Shown here piece by piece: positions 38,640-52,168 of a stretch of DNA of 64,000 bases. Position 1 is the first letter of the stretch; every line of letters starts with the position of its first letter. Position numbers and translations under genes: made by a program. Source of the DNA: Eledone cirrhosa (lineage: Eukaryota); NCBI GenBank assembly GCA_964016885.1, contig OZ024759.1, positions 12,586,001 through 12,650,000 of the forward strand. The letters are read 5' to 3'. Under the pieces are notes generated by a model. The model saw only the letters and a program-made list of their open reading frames with translations, ran no database searches and was not told the DNA's origin.

Positions 38640-39512
38640 TGACAACACGTAAAGAGAGGGGAGTAGTTTGACAACCTCATACTACTCCTCTCTCTTTACA
38701 TCTGCTGCCTGTGTACAACACGTAAAGAGAGGGGAGTAGTTTTACTACCTCATACTACTCCTCTCTCTTTACATCTGCTGCCTGTGTACAACACGTAAAG
38801 AGAGGGGAGTAGTTTGACTACCTCATACTACTCCTCTCTCTTTACATCTGCTGCCTGTGTACAACATGTAAAGAGAGGGGAATAGTTTGACTACCTCATA
38901 CTACTCCTCTCTCTTTACATCTGCTGCCTGTGTACAACATGTAAAGAGAGAGGAGTAGTTTGACTACCTCATACTACTCCTCTCTCTTTACATCTGCTGC
39001 TTGTGTACAACATGTAAAGAGAGGGGAGTAGTTTGACTACCTCATACTACTCCTCTCTCTTTACATCTGCTGCCTGTGTACAACATGTAAAGAGAGAGGA
39101 GTAGTTTGACTACCTCATACTACTCCTCTCTTTACATCTGCTGCCTGTGTACAACATGTAAAGAGAGGGGAGTAATTTGACTACCTCATACTACTCCTCT
39201 CTCTTTACATCTGCTGCCTGTGTACAACATGTAAAGAGAGGGGAGTAGTTTCACTACCTCATACTACTCCTCTCTCTTTACATCTGCTGCCTGTGTACAA
39301 CATGTAAAGAGAGGGGAGTAGTTTGACTACCTCATACTACTCCTCTCTTTACATCTGCTGCCTGTGTACAACATGTAAAGAGAGGGGAGTAATTTGACTA
39401 CCTCATACTACTCCTCTCTCTTTACATCTGCTGCCTGTGTACAACATGTAAAGAGAGGGGAGTAGTTTCACTACCTCATACTACTCCTCTCTCTTTACAT
39501 CTGCTGCCTGTG
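38640..39512. repeat. 73-bp tandem array of hairpin units, about 12 copies
   Basis: Each unit contains atgtaaagagaggggagtagt ... actactcctctctctttacat. Confidence 0.95.
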
Positions 39513-40195
39513 TGAATGTATGTGTGTAAAAGGAAGGGAGGGGGTGGTCATCAGTAGAAGTAAGCTGTGTATGTGTGTGAATGTAGAAGTGTGTGTGTGT
39601 GTGAGTGTATATTTTTGTACGTGTGTCTGTGTTTGCACATTTGTATTTATATACTCATACATATAAATGTATGCAATGCACACGCACACACACATACACA
39701 CACACATACACACACACATACACACACGTACATACACATACACACTCGTACATACACATACACACACACATACACACACGTACATACACATACACACACA
39801 CACATACACACACGTACATACACATACACACACACATACACACACGTAGATACACACACACACATACACACACGTACATACACATACACACACGTACATA
39901 CACATACACACACACACATACACACACGTACACACACACACATATACACATACACATACACATACACGTACATACACATATACACACGTACATACACATA
40001 CACACATACACACACGTACATACACATACACACACACACACATACACACACGTACATACACATACACACACACATACACACACGTAGATACACACACACA
40101 CATACACACACGTACATACACATACACACACACACACGTACATACACATACACACACACACATACACACACACACATACACACGTACATACACAT

Positions 40196-40226
<31 letters not shown>

Positions 40227-40564
40227 TACATACACACACACATACATATACACACACGTACATACACACACACACATATACACATACACCGTCAGTTTAT
40301 GGAAGGAAATTCTAGTGTCAATAAAATGGTGTATTTTTACAAGTGGGAACAGACTGGAAAATGGAGGATTTTTAGAGACTTGGTTTTATGTTTTGACTTG
40401 ATAATATTTATAGATTGAGGAGAGACTGGTGTTGCTGACAGCAGAGTGTTTAGGGGCCAGAACAGGGAAATATGGGGTTGGTGACAGGGTTGGGAGGAGG
40501 TAGAATGGTATTGTTGGTGGGAGGGGAGGGAGACGGGAAGAGAGAGAGAGAGAGAGAGAGAAGG

Positions 40565-40607
<43 letters not shown>

Positions 40608-41100
40608 GGAAAGGAAAGGGAAGGGAAGAGAGAGAAGGGAGGAAAAGGAAAGGGAAGGGAAGAGAGAGAGAGAATGGAGGAAAGAGGAAGGGAAGAGAGA
40701 GAGAGAGAGAAAGGGAGGGGAAGAGAGAGAGAGAATGGAGGAAAGAGGAAGGGAAGAGAGAGAGAGAGAAGGGAGGAAAGAGAAAGGGAGGGGAAGAGAG
40801 AGAGAGAAGAAGGAGAGAGAAGGGAGGAAAAAGAAAGGGAAGGGAAGAGAGAGAGAGAGAGAAGGGAGGAAAGAGAAAGGGAAGAGAAGGGAGGAAAGAG
40901 AGAGAGAGAGAGATGTGAGGGAAGAGAGAGAGAGAGAGATTTACAAGTTAAAAGCTGTACTAATTGAATGTGGACAAAATGTCTGTAGATGAAATGTTTG
41001 CAGACATATTCTACAGATTCATATGTAATCTGTCTCCCTTCAAATTGAATGTCTTCTCCATTCTATCGGACTGGGGCCATGAGGTGGACTTATCCTTAAT

Positions 41101-42002
41101 AACAATAATAATGAAATTATTGTGTAAAGTGCTCAGGTGCACTACAACTCGTCAAAGGTGTATGTATAGTACATAGAATAATACACAAATGTCAGGGAAG
41201 TACATGTGTGTATGTGTTAGCTGTAGTGTTGGTGGATCTCGGGAAGCATGGAGGCCTTAAAGGATGCAGTGTCTCGACAGCTAACAACTGATGCAGGTAG
41301 TTTGTTCCATGCTTCAGCAACTCTGAGCGTGAAAAAATGTTTCCGAAAGTCATGGGAACTGTGCTATTTTCTTACTTTGTGGGCATGTCCACGTGTGTTA
41401 GACACATGGAAATCAAAAAGGTACTCAGGGTTGTTGTTGGCAAGATGGTTAACAATTTTGTGGGTGTTTACCAAGTCAGTTGCCAGGCGTTGGAGCTTCA
41501 ATGTATCCATGCCCAGGGAAGCAAGGCGCTCAGAGTATGGTAGATGCCTGATGGAGGGTATTCGCTTGGTTGCACGTCTCTGAACAGTTTCCAGGCGGTC
41601 AATGTTCTGAGTAAGATAGGGGTTCCAGACTGGTGATGCAAATTCTAAGTGTGGCCGCACCATAGCTATATACAGCTTTAAATAGATATCTGGAGAGCGG
41701 CTGACAAAGGTCTTGCTGAGTGATGCTAAGACACCCTCGGCCCTCTTGACAATTTTAGAGACGTGCCTCAGCCAACGCAAATCGCTGCTGACCGTAATGC
41801 CCACGTCACATTCACAAGAAGACTTCTTGATATTAGTGCTGTGGAGGGAGTATGTGGACGGTGGGTTTTTACTCCCAAAATGCATGGTGGTGCACTTGTC
41901 AACAGCTAGCTTGAGTTGCCAGTCTGAGATCCACTGTTGCATTGTGTCCAGGTCAGACTGCAAGCAAGATCTATAGTGTTCAGGATCTGTCCTTTTTATC
42001 TC
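41101..42002 (-). mobile_element. CR1-clade LINE 3' fragment (tail-only copy at about 60170-60305 -)
   Basis: ORF 41364-41963 is nearly identical to the + strand CR1 at about 29350-30400. Confidence 0.92.
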
Positions 42003-42029
42003 CTAGGGCAAGTATCAGCCACTCTCTGA

Positions 42030-42215
42030 TAGGTTGGTGGTTAAGCCCATAGCAGTGGAGACTTCTGGCATTCTTGGCCCCTGGATCACCTCCCTACTCA
42101 CTGCTATCAGTGGCTACCCACAGGTACAAGAAAGCCCCACAAGGTGGAGTGACTGTTCCAGCACGTCTCCCTCACCATCCTCTTGGGTCAATATCTTCTC
42201 CATCCTGTCTGCCCA
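42030..42215 (+). mobile_element. CRE-like retrotransposon extreme C-terminal fragment
   Basis: VVKPIAVETSGILGP followed, after a frameshift, by LFQHVSLTI, resembling PIAVETLG...LFQRISIAI. Confidence 0.55.
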
Positions 42216-42694
42216 TGACTGGAACCATGCAATGGTATATTGTGGTGTGGTGGGGGTAGTGTGGGTGTGTGGTGGGGTGGGGGTGGGGGGATATATTTAC
42301 CTCACCTTTAGCAACACGATGTGTTTGAATATAAAGCGTGTTGAAATCTTGTTTGTTCAGTTTTCTAAGATTAACCCTTTAGCATTCACATTACTCTGTA
42401 TATACTATTATATTTTCATGGTAAATGCTTTACTTCACATAATTATCTCACATAATATCAAATCTATGAGATTTTGAATGTATTTATTTTGAGAACAATA
42501 GCTTAACATCAGTTTGAGTGACCAGTTTCAGCCAGTTTCAACAGAAAAATGTACACCTACATACTGATAGACTTCTCAGGTAACCGAAGCAGTTGTGTCA
42601 ACCCATTGTTGAATGTTGATTATCTGAGAAGTTGCCGGTTTTCATGACATGAAGGTCATTTAATTAAACTGGTGGTCATCATATGAGCTACTGC

Positions 42695-44035
42695 ATACCA
42701 TACTATACCACACCATACCACAGCATACTACACCATACATACCACAGCATACCATACTATACCACACCATACCACAGCATACTACACCATACATACCACA
42801 GCATACCATACTATACCACACCATACCACAGCATACTACACCATACATACCACAGCATACCATACCATACTATACCACACCATACCATACCACACTACAC
42901 CATACATACCACAGCATACCATACCATACTATACCACACCATACCATACCATACCACACCACACCATACCATTCTATACCACACCATACCATACCATACC
43001 ACACCATACTACACCATACCATACTATACCATACTATACCACACCATACCATACCACACTACATCATACATACCACAGCATACCATACCACACCACACCA
43101 CACCATACCACACCATTCTATACCACACCACACCACACCACACCATACCATACCATACCATACCACACCATACCACACCATACCATACCACACCACACCA
43201 TACCATTCTATACCACACCACACCATACCATACCATACCATACCACACCATACCATACCACACCACACCATACCATTCTATACCACAGCATACCATACCA
43301 TACTATACCACACCATACCATACCATACCACACCACACCATACCATTCTATACCACACCATACCATACCATACCACACCATACTACACCATACCATACTA
43401 TACCACACCATACCATACCACACCATACCATACCACACCACACCACACCAGATCACACCACACCACACCACACCATCTATCTAAGGCGGGTAAAATTCCC
43501 GAGATCCATGGACGAGTTCTCTCCAGCGGTCTCTGTCCCTCATTATCGCTGCCATATCCTGCATCTCCAACAGACCAGTGTCTGTCCTTAGGGCATCAAC
43601 ATATGTTAACCTTGGTCTTCCTCTTCTAGTGTGTCCATGTAGGGGCTCCCATACCATACCATACCATACCACACCATACTACACCATACCATACTATACC
43701 ACACCATACCATACCATACCACACCATACCATACCACACCATACCATACCACACCACACCATACCACACCACACCATACCACACCATACCATACTATACC
43801 ACACCACACCATACCACACCACACCAGATCACACCACACCACACCATACCATACCACACCACACCACACCACACCAAACCATACCATACCATACCATACC
43901 ACACCACACCACACCACACCACACCACACCACACCACACCACACCATACCAAACCATACCACACCATACCATACCACACCACACCACACCAGATCACACC
44001 ACACCACACTACACTACACTACACCACACCACACC
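42695..44035. repeat. (CCATA/CCACA)n pentanucleotide satellite
   Basis: Direct reading of the sequence. Confidence 0.95.
43480..43650 (-). mobile_element. RTE-like 3' fragment inside pentanucleotide satellite
   Basis: Encodes WEPLHGHTRRGRPRLTYVDALRTDTGL...MRDRDRWRELV. Confidence 0.7.
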
Positions 44036-44076
44036 GCTCCTTATTTATTGTGTTATTTTCTTTACTTTTCTGATAG

Positions 44077-44225
44077 ATTAGACAGAACCCCTATAAAATC
44101 CGAAGGAGTTTCCTAAACCACGACCCCTTCTTAAAGGGTTACGTAAGCATGTGTAAACTGAAGGAAATCATAGATACTTGCTGTTTCCCTGTCTCTAACC
44201 AACTGTTTGACTTGTTAATGGAAAG
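44077..44225 (+). CDS. EFCAB6: EFCAB6-like exon 8 (EF-hand-like)
   Basis: Pyrimidine tract plus gatag acceptor, ag|gtttgt donor. Encodes IRQNPYKIRRSFLNHDPFLKGYVSMCKLKEIIDTCCFPVSNQLFDLLME. Confidence 0.9.
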
Positions 44226-44878
44226 GTTTGTACCTTCACTGGCACCACCACCACCCTCACCACCACCACCACCACCACCCTCACCACCACCACCACCACC
44301 ATCCTCACGACCACCACCACCACCACCACCACCATCCTCACCATCTCAACCACCACCATCCTCACCATCTCCACCACCATTAGGACAACCACCACTACCA
44401 TCACCATCACCATCTCCACCACCACCATCCTCACCACCACCACCATCACTATCACTAACACCACCACCACCACCATCATCACCACCCTCACCACCACCAT
44501 TAAAACAACCACCACTACCACCACCATTAGGACAACCACCCTCACCACCACCATTAGGACAACCACCACTACCACCACCATCACCATTTCCACCACCACC
44601 ATCACTATCACCAACACCACCACCACCACCATCATCACCACCAACACCACCACCACCATTAAGACAACCACCACCATCACCATCATCACCACCGCCACCA
44701 TTAGGACAACCACCACTACCACCACCATCACTATCTCCACCACCACGATCGTCACCATCATAACCATCCTCACCACCATCACCGACATGATCATCACCAT
44801 CACCAACATCACCACCACTACTACCGCCATCATCACAACCATCACCACCACTCCACCACTATCACCACCACCATCACC

Positions 44879-44910
<32 letters not shown>

Positions 44911-45039
44911 CACCACCAATACCACCATCACCACCACCATTGCCAATGGTGATGATGGTGGTGGTATGGTGGTGGTTGTGGTGATGGTGGAGATGGTAGT
45001 GGTAATGGCAGTGTTGGTAGAGGTGTCAGTGGTTAAGTA

Positions 45040-46690
45040 GTGTCAGTGCTAGAGGTGGTGGTGGTGGTGGTGGTGTCAGTGCTAGAGGTGGTGGTGGTGT
45101 CAGTGCTAGAGGTGGTAGTGTCAGTGCTAGAGGTGGTGGTGGTGGTGGTGTCAGTGCTAGAGGTGGTGGTAGTATAAGTGCTAGAGGTGGTGGTAGTGTA
45201 AGTGCTAGAGGTGGTGGTGGTGATGTCAGTGCTAGAGGTGGTGGTGGTGTCAGTGCTAGAGGTGGTGGTGGTGGTGTCAGTGCTAGAGGTGGTTGTATCA
45301 GTGCTAGAGGTGGTGGTAGTGTCAGTACTAGAGGTGGTGGTGGTGGTATCAGTGCTAGAGGTGGTGGTGGTGGCAGTGCTAGAGGTGGTGGTGGTGTCAG
45401 TGCTAGAGGTGGTGGTGGTGGTAGTGGTGTCAGTGCTAGAGGTGGTGGTGGTGGTAGTGGTGTCAGTGCTAGAGGTGGTGGTGGTGTCAGTGCTAGAGGT
45501 GGTGGTGTCAGTGCTAGAGGTGGTGGTGGTATCAGTGCTAGAGGTGGTGGTGGTGGTGGTGGTGTCAGTGCTAGAGGTGGTGGTGGTGGTATCAGTGCTA
45601 GAGGTGGTGGTGGTGTCAGTGCTAGAGGTGGTGGTATCAGTGCTAGAGGTGGTGGTGGTGTCAGTGCTAGAAGTGGTGGTGTCAGTGCTAGAGGTGGTGG
45701 TGGTGTCAGTGCTAATAGTGGTGGTGGTGGTGTCAGTGCTAGAGGTGGTGGTGGTGTCAGTGCTAGAGGTGGTGGTGTCAGTGCTAGAGGTGGTGGTGGT
45801 GGTATCAGTGCTAGAGGTGGTGGTGGTGTCACTGCTAGAGGTGGTGGTATCAGTGCTAGAGGTGGTGGTGGTGGTATCAGTGCTAGAGGTGGTGGTGGTG
45901 TCAGTGCTAGAGGTGGTGGTGTCAGTGCTAGAGGTGGTGGTGGTGGTATCAGTGCTAGAGGTGGTGGTGGTGTCAGTGCTAGAGGTGGTGTCAGTGCTAG
46001 AGGCGGTGGTGTCAGTGCTAGAGGTGGTGGTGTCAGTGCTAGAGGTGGTAGTGTCAGTGCTAGAGGTGGTGTTAGTGCTAGAGGTGGTGGTGGTGTCAGT
46101 GCTAGAGGTGGTGGTGGTGGTGTCAGTGCTAGAGGTGGTGGTGGTGGTGTCAGTGCTAGAGGTGGTAGTGTCAGTGCTAGAGGTGGTGGTGTCAGTGCGA
46201 GAGGTGGTGGTGTCAGTGCTAGAGGTGGTGGTGGTGGTATCAGTGCTAGAGGTGGTGGTGGTGTCAGTGCTAGAGGTGGTGTCAGTGCTAGAGGCGGTGG
46301 TGTCAGTGCTAGAGGTGGTGGTGTCAGTGCTAGAGGTGGTAGTGTCAGTGCTAGAGGTGGTGTTAGTGCTAGAGGTGGTGGTGGTGGTGGTGGTGTCAGT
46401 GCTAGAGGTGGTGGTGGTGGTGGTGGTGGTGGTGTCAGTGCTAGAGGTGGTGGTGGTGGTGTCAGTGCTAGAGGTGGTAGTGTCAGTGCTAGAGGTGGTG
46501 GTGTCAGTGCGAGAGGTGGTGGTGTCAGTGCTAGAGGTGGTAGTGTCAGTGCTAGAGGTGGTGGTGTCAGTGCGAGAGGTGGTGGTGTCAGTGCTAGAGG
46601 TGGTGGTGTCAGTGCTAGAGGTGGTGGTGGTGGTGGTGGTGTCAGTGCTAGAGGTGGTGGTGGTGGTGTCAGTGCTAGAGGTGGTGGTGA
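45040..46690. repeat. gtcagtgctaga-(ggt)n variable-length minisatellite
   Basis: A constant 12-mer separated by variable numbers of GGT units. Confidence 0.95.
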
Positions 46691-47484
46691 AAAAGCAGTT
46701 GATTTTGTGCTTGTTGTTGTTTCTATTTGTATAGTTATTCTTGGTGCCATTGCTGTTGTTGTTGTTACTGTTGTTGTTACTGTTGTTGTTACTGTTGTTG
46801 TTGTTACTGTTGTTGTTGTTGTTGTTGTTACTGCTGTTGTTGTTACTGTTGTTGTTGTTGTTGTTACTGTTGTTGTTAATGTTGTTATTACTGTTGTTGT
46901 TGTTGTTAGTGTTGTTGTTATGTTGTTGTTGTTACTGTTGTTGTTGTTATGTTGTTGTTATGTTGTTGTTACCATTATTATTATGTTTACTATGTGTTTG
47001 TGTCACAAGATATTCCTCTACAAGAACTGACTGCTGTACACAGTAAACTGTGATGAATAATGCATCTACATCACTCAGCTGTATGTGTGTGTATAATGTA
47101 TTGTATTTGTGTATATACATATATCATCATCATCATCATCTTCGTTTAACGTCCATTTTCCACGCTAGCATGGGTTAGAATGTATATATATATTCATATA
47201 TATATATACATTCATATATATACATTCATTATATATATAGAGAGAGATATATATGTGTATGTTTATATCTATATATATCTATATGTTTGTATATATTTAT
47301 GTATATGTGTGTATATATATATATATTTATATATATATATATATATATATGTATATCTATATATGTACATGTAAATATATATGTATATATATATGTATAT
47401 ATATATCATCATCATCATCATCATCATTTTACGTCCATTCTTCCCTGCTTACGTAGAATGATGATGATGATGATATATATATAC

Positions 47485-47677
<193 letters not shown>

Positions 47678-47679
47678 AA

Positions 47680-47796
<117 letters not shown>

Positions 47797-47820
47797 ATAT
47801 ATATACATATATATATATAC

Positions 47821-47852
<32 letters not shown>

Positions 47853-47976
47853 GTGTGTGTGTGTGTATATACATACAGATATACAACATACACACAAAGC
47901 AAGTGCGACTGTGTGGTGAAGTGTGGTTGCTGTCTCTCTCACACTCTCTCGCTCTCTTTCTCTCTATCTCTCTGTC

Positions 47977-48031
<55 letters not shown>

Positions 48032-48125
48032 CCTCTCTCTCTCTCTCTATATATATATATATGTATGTATGTATATACCCCCCCCTCTCTCTCTCGCTCT
48101 CTCTCTACACTTCTCTCTCTCTGTC

Positions 48126-48189
<64 letters not shown>

Positions 48190-48226
48190 CTCTCTCTCTC
48201 TCTCTCTGTCTATATATATATATATA

Positions 48227-48330
<104 letters not shown>

Positions 48331-48472
48331 GTGTATGTATGTATGTATGTATATACCCCCTCTTTCTCCTGTCCTCACTCTAAACCCCCCCCCCCCTCCC
48401 CGTCTCTCTCTCTCTTCCTTAGACTCTAGTAGGGTCAGTGAAACATTCTTACAATCTCCATTGTTATTTCAG

Positions 48473-48586
48473 ACTTGGCATTAATACCAGAGACAAGATT
48501 GCTTGGCAGATCTTCTTGAATGAATTCATGTGCGATACAGTAAGACCTGTTCCAACAAACTTTAAGGAAATTATAAATAACCCTAG
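48473..48586 (+). CDS. EFCAB6: EFCAB6-like exon 9
   Basis: tttcag acceptor, ag|gtacat donor. Encodes [38 protein letters not shown]. Phase 2 to 2. Confidence 0.85.
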
Positions 48587-49274
48587 GTACATTGTTGTTG
48601 TATATTATTGTGCTGCAAAAACTGTTGGCATTATCGGTAGAGGGTCGGACGCCATGCTTCGCAGCATAGAGTTACGGCCCTTTGCGGTCTGAGTTCAAAT
48701 TCCGCCGAGGTTAGCTTTGCCGTTCATCCTTACGGGGGTTGATAAAATAAAATAAAGTACCAGTCACGCACTGGGGTCAATTTAATCGAATTTCCCCTGC
48801 CCCTCCAAAAAATTATTTGCCTTGTGCCTATATAAGAAATCATTGTGGATTGGCTGTACCGGTAGAGGGTCGGACGCCATGCTTTGCAGCATAGAGTTAC
48901 GGCCCTTTACGGTCTGAGTTCAAATTCCGCCGAGGTTAGTTTTGCTGTTCATCCTTACGGGGGTTGATAAAATAAAATAAAGTATCAGTCACGCACTGGG
49001 GTCAATTTAATCGACCCCCCCCCCCCCCCCAAAAAAAAAATTACTTGCCTTGTGCCTATATAAGAAATCATTGTGGATTGGCTGTACCTGTAGAGGGTTG
49101 GACGCCATGCTTTGCAGCAAAGAGTTACGGCCCTTTATGGTCTGAGTTCAAATCCCGCCGAGGTTAACTTTGCCTTTCATCCTTACGGGGTCGATAAAAT
49201 AAAGTACCAGTAATGTACTGGGTAATTGCTGGCCTTGTGCCAAAAGTAGAAATAATAATTATTATTATTATTGT

Positions 49275-49490
49275 TTAACCCTTTAGCATTTAAACTGACC
49301 ATGTCCGGCCAGAATTCTCTCACCTCTTTCTGTTCAAACCGGCCATAACTGGCTACTCATACTGATGTTAAGGTATTATTCTCAAAATAAATAATATCAA
49401 AATCTCATAGATTCGATATTACGTGAGGTAAAGCCTTTACCATGAAAATACAATAGTATATATAGAGTAATGTAAATGGTAAAGGGTTAA
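49275..49490. mobile_element. piggyBac-like MITE
   Basis: TTAA-CCCTTTAGCATTTA ... TAAATGGTAAAGGG-TTAA. Confidence 0.7.
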
Positions 49491-49659
49491 ACTAACTCTT
49501 AACATCCTGTACCACATGAAACTACATTAACAAGAGATTCTTGTAAAGTACAAAACAAAACTATGACTGCTTCACCTTTCATCCTTACGGGGTCGATAAA
49601 ATAAAGTACCAGTAATGCACTGGGTAATTGCTGGCCTTGTGCCTAAAGTAGAAACAATT

Positions 49660-50670
49660 AAATATTAATGTCTTTACTATAATACTGCAAATTTCACAAC
49701 AATCTGTCCACTAGTAAAGATACTATAAACATTTAGTACAAAACAACACTATGACTGCATCACATTAAATATTAAAGTCTTTACTCTAATACTGTAAATT
49801 TTCACAACAATCTGTCCACTAGTAAAGATACTATAAACATTTAGTACAAAACAACACTATGACTGCATCACATTAAATATTAAAGTCTTTACTCTAATAC
49901 TGTAAATTTTCACAACAATCTGTCCACTAGTAAAGATACTATAAACATTTAGTACAAAACAACACTATGACTGCATCACATTAAATATTAAAGTCTAATA
50001 CTCTAATACTGTAAATTTTCACAACAATCTGTCCACTAGTAAAGATACTATAAACATTTAGTACAAAACAACACTATGACTGCATCACATTAAATATTAA
50101 AGTCTTTACTCTAATACTGTAAATTTTCACAACAATCTGTCCACTAGTAAAGATACTATAAACATTTAGTACAAAACACTATGACTGCATCACATTAAAT
50201 ATTAAAGTCTTTACTCTAATACTGTAAATTTTCACAACAATCTGTCCACTAATAAAGATACTATAAACATTTAGTACAAAACAACACTATGACTGCATCA
50301 CATTAAATATTAAAGTCTTTACTCTAATACTGTAAATTTTCACAACAATCTGTCCACTAGTAAAGATACTATAAACATTTAGTACAAAACACTATGACTG
50401 CATCACATTAAATATTAAAGTCTTTACTCTAATACTGTAAATTTTCACAACAATCTGTCCACTAGTAAAGATACTATAAACACTTAGAACAAAACAACAC
50501 TATGACTGCTTCACATTAAATATTAAAGTCTTTACTCTAATATTGTAAATTTTCACAACAATCTGTCCACTAGTAAAGATACTATAAACATTTAGTACAA
50601 AACAACAAAGTCTTTACTATAATACTGCAAATGTTCAAAACAATCTGTCCAGTAATAAAGATACAATAAA
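49660..50670. repeat. 108-bp minisatellite, about 9 copies
   Basis: Unit actatgactgcatcacattaaatattaaagtctttactctaatac... Confidence 0.93.
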
Positions 50671-50764
50671 TATTTGAATTAACAAACTACACTCTCATAT
50701 ACACACAGTTTTTGGTTAGTTTCCATCCCAGGTGATCTTTTGAAACCTATTTCTACCATTACAG

Positions 50765-50888
50765 GGCCATTATTCCACTAAAGTGTTCCACTTCAGACAT
50801 CGATGTGAGGACAGCATTTTACCACATGAAGCAAGACTTGTTGTATAGACATAACAATTTAGAGGGCGCTTTTCTGGAACTTGATAAG
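50765..50888 (+). CDS. EFCAB6: EFCAB6-like exon 10
   Basis: ttacag acceptor, aag|gtaggt donor. Encodes RAIIPLKCSTSDIDVRTAFYHMKQDLLYRHNNLEGAFLELDK. Confidence 0.88.
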
Positions 50889-50899
50889 GTAGGTCTTTG

Positions 50900-51310
50900 A
50901 TGCCTGTTGAGGGACAGTGTTAGCTCTTGTATATGTTAAGGAACCCAGGGCCTGTTAGGGGACAGTGTTAGCTCTTGTATATATTAGGGAACCCAGTGCT
51001 CTGTTAAGGAAGAGTGTTCAATTTTGTCTATATAAGGGAACCCAGAGCCTGTTAGGGGACAGTGTTAGCTTTTGTATATATTAGGGAACCCAGGGCTTTG
51101 TTTGAGAAGATGTTAGATTTTTTATATATAAAGGAACCCAGAGCCTGTTAGGGGCAAGTGTTTGATCTTGTATATATTAGGGAATCCAGAGCCTGTTAGT
51201 GTGAGGGAGTTATCTCTTGTATATGTTAGGGAGTCCAGGGCCTCTTAGGGGAAGAGAGTTAGCTTTTGTAGATATTAGGGAGTCCAGGGTCTGTTCGGGG
51301 AGTGTGTTAG
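50900..51310. repeat. Degenerate ~48-bp tandem repeat
   Basis: Units like cctgttaggggacagtgttagctcttgtatatattagggaacccag. Confidence 0.75.
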
Positions 51311-51679
51311 TTTTGATACCTACCAGGCTGGATGATTAGGTGTGAATGTCAGCTATGGTGTTTACCAGAGGGATCCAGGGCTGATTGGGTTGGGAGGTGG
51401 AGGGTATCAGCTTTGGTATTTCACTAACAAGGTATTGGTCAGTCTGCGGCTATGTCTATAGTTGAAGGTACTTGCTCAAGGTGTCACACAGTGGAATGGA
51501 ACCAGACATCTTGCTCAAGGTGTCACACAGTGGAATGGAACCAGACATCTTGCTCAAGGTGTCACACAGTGGAATGGAACGGTTGCAAAGTGAACATTTT
51601 AACGATGGAGCCATGCCAGAAATCCTTGTGTTGATGAATCCTTCCTGTTTCCTACACCCGCTGCCTCTGTCTATTTCAG

Positions 51680-51850
51680 AACAAACGTGGGTGGTTAACC
51701 AGCATAGATATACGACACCTGTTAAAAGACCTCATCAAGAACATCAGCAACACTGAAATTAATGACGTTGTAATGAAGATGGACAAGGACCACACAAATA
51801 TTATTACTTTGGAGAAATTTGTGGCAGCTTTTGAAGAAAATAAAATTGAG
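51680..51850 (+). CDS. EFCAB6: EFCAB6-like exon 11 (EF-hand pair)
   Basis: tttcag acceptor, gag|gtaagc donor. Encodes NKRGWLTSIDIRHLLKDLIKNISNTEINDVVMKMDKDHTNIITLEKFVAAFEENKIE. The loop DKNKRGWLTSID spans the exon 10/11 junction. Confidence 0.92.
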
Positions 51851-52168
51851 GTAAGCTTCGCTCCCTTATATATATATATGTGTGTCATCATCACCGTTTT
51901 ACGTCCGTTCTTCCACGCTAGCATGGGTTAGACGGGTTGTCCTGTTGTGGGCAGTGTCCGGTCGGCTGACCATGCCTTGCTCATACAGGAACTGATTCTG
52001 GCTTGATTTCTACAGCTGGATGCCCTTCCTAACGCCAACCTCATTTACAGTGAGTGCCGGGTGCTTTTTGTCGTGACATCTACACGACTATTTTATAGTG
52101 TGGACTGGTGTGTATCCAAATTTACTTCTTATATATAAAATAATGATTCTATATATATATTTAAATAA

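Noticed and set aside
45040-46690. CRISPR-like constant repeat with variable spacers
   Set aside because: The 'spacers' are only differing numbers of GGT units, consistent with slippage.
48536-48546. Alternative donor aca|gtaaga in exon 9
   Set aside because: It gives phase 0, which is incompatible with exon 10 (phase 2). The donor at 48586 keeps the frame.
50900-51310. Interstitial telomeric TTAGGG
   Set aside because: These are isolated hexamers within a ~48-bp repeat unit and are not tandem.
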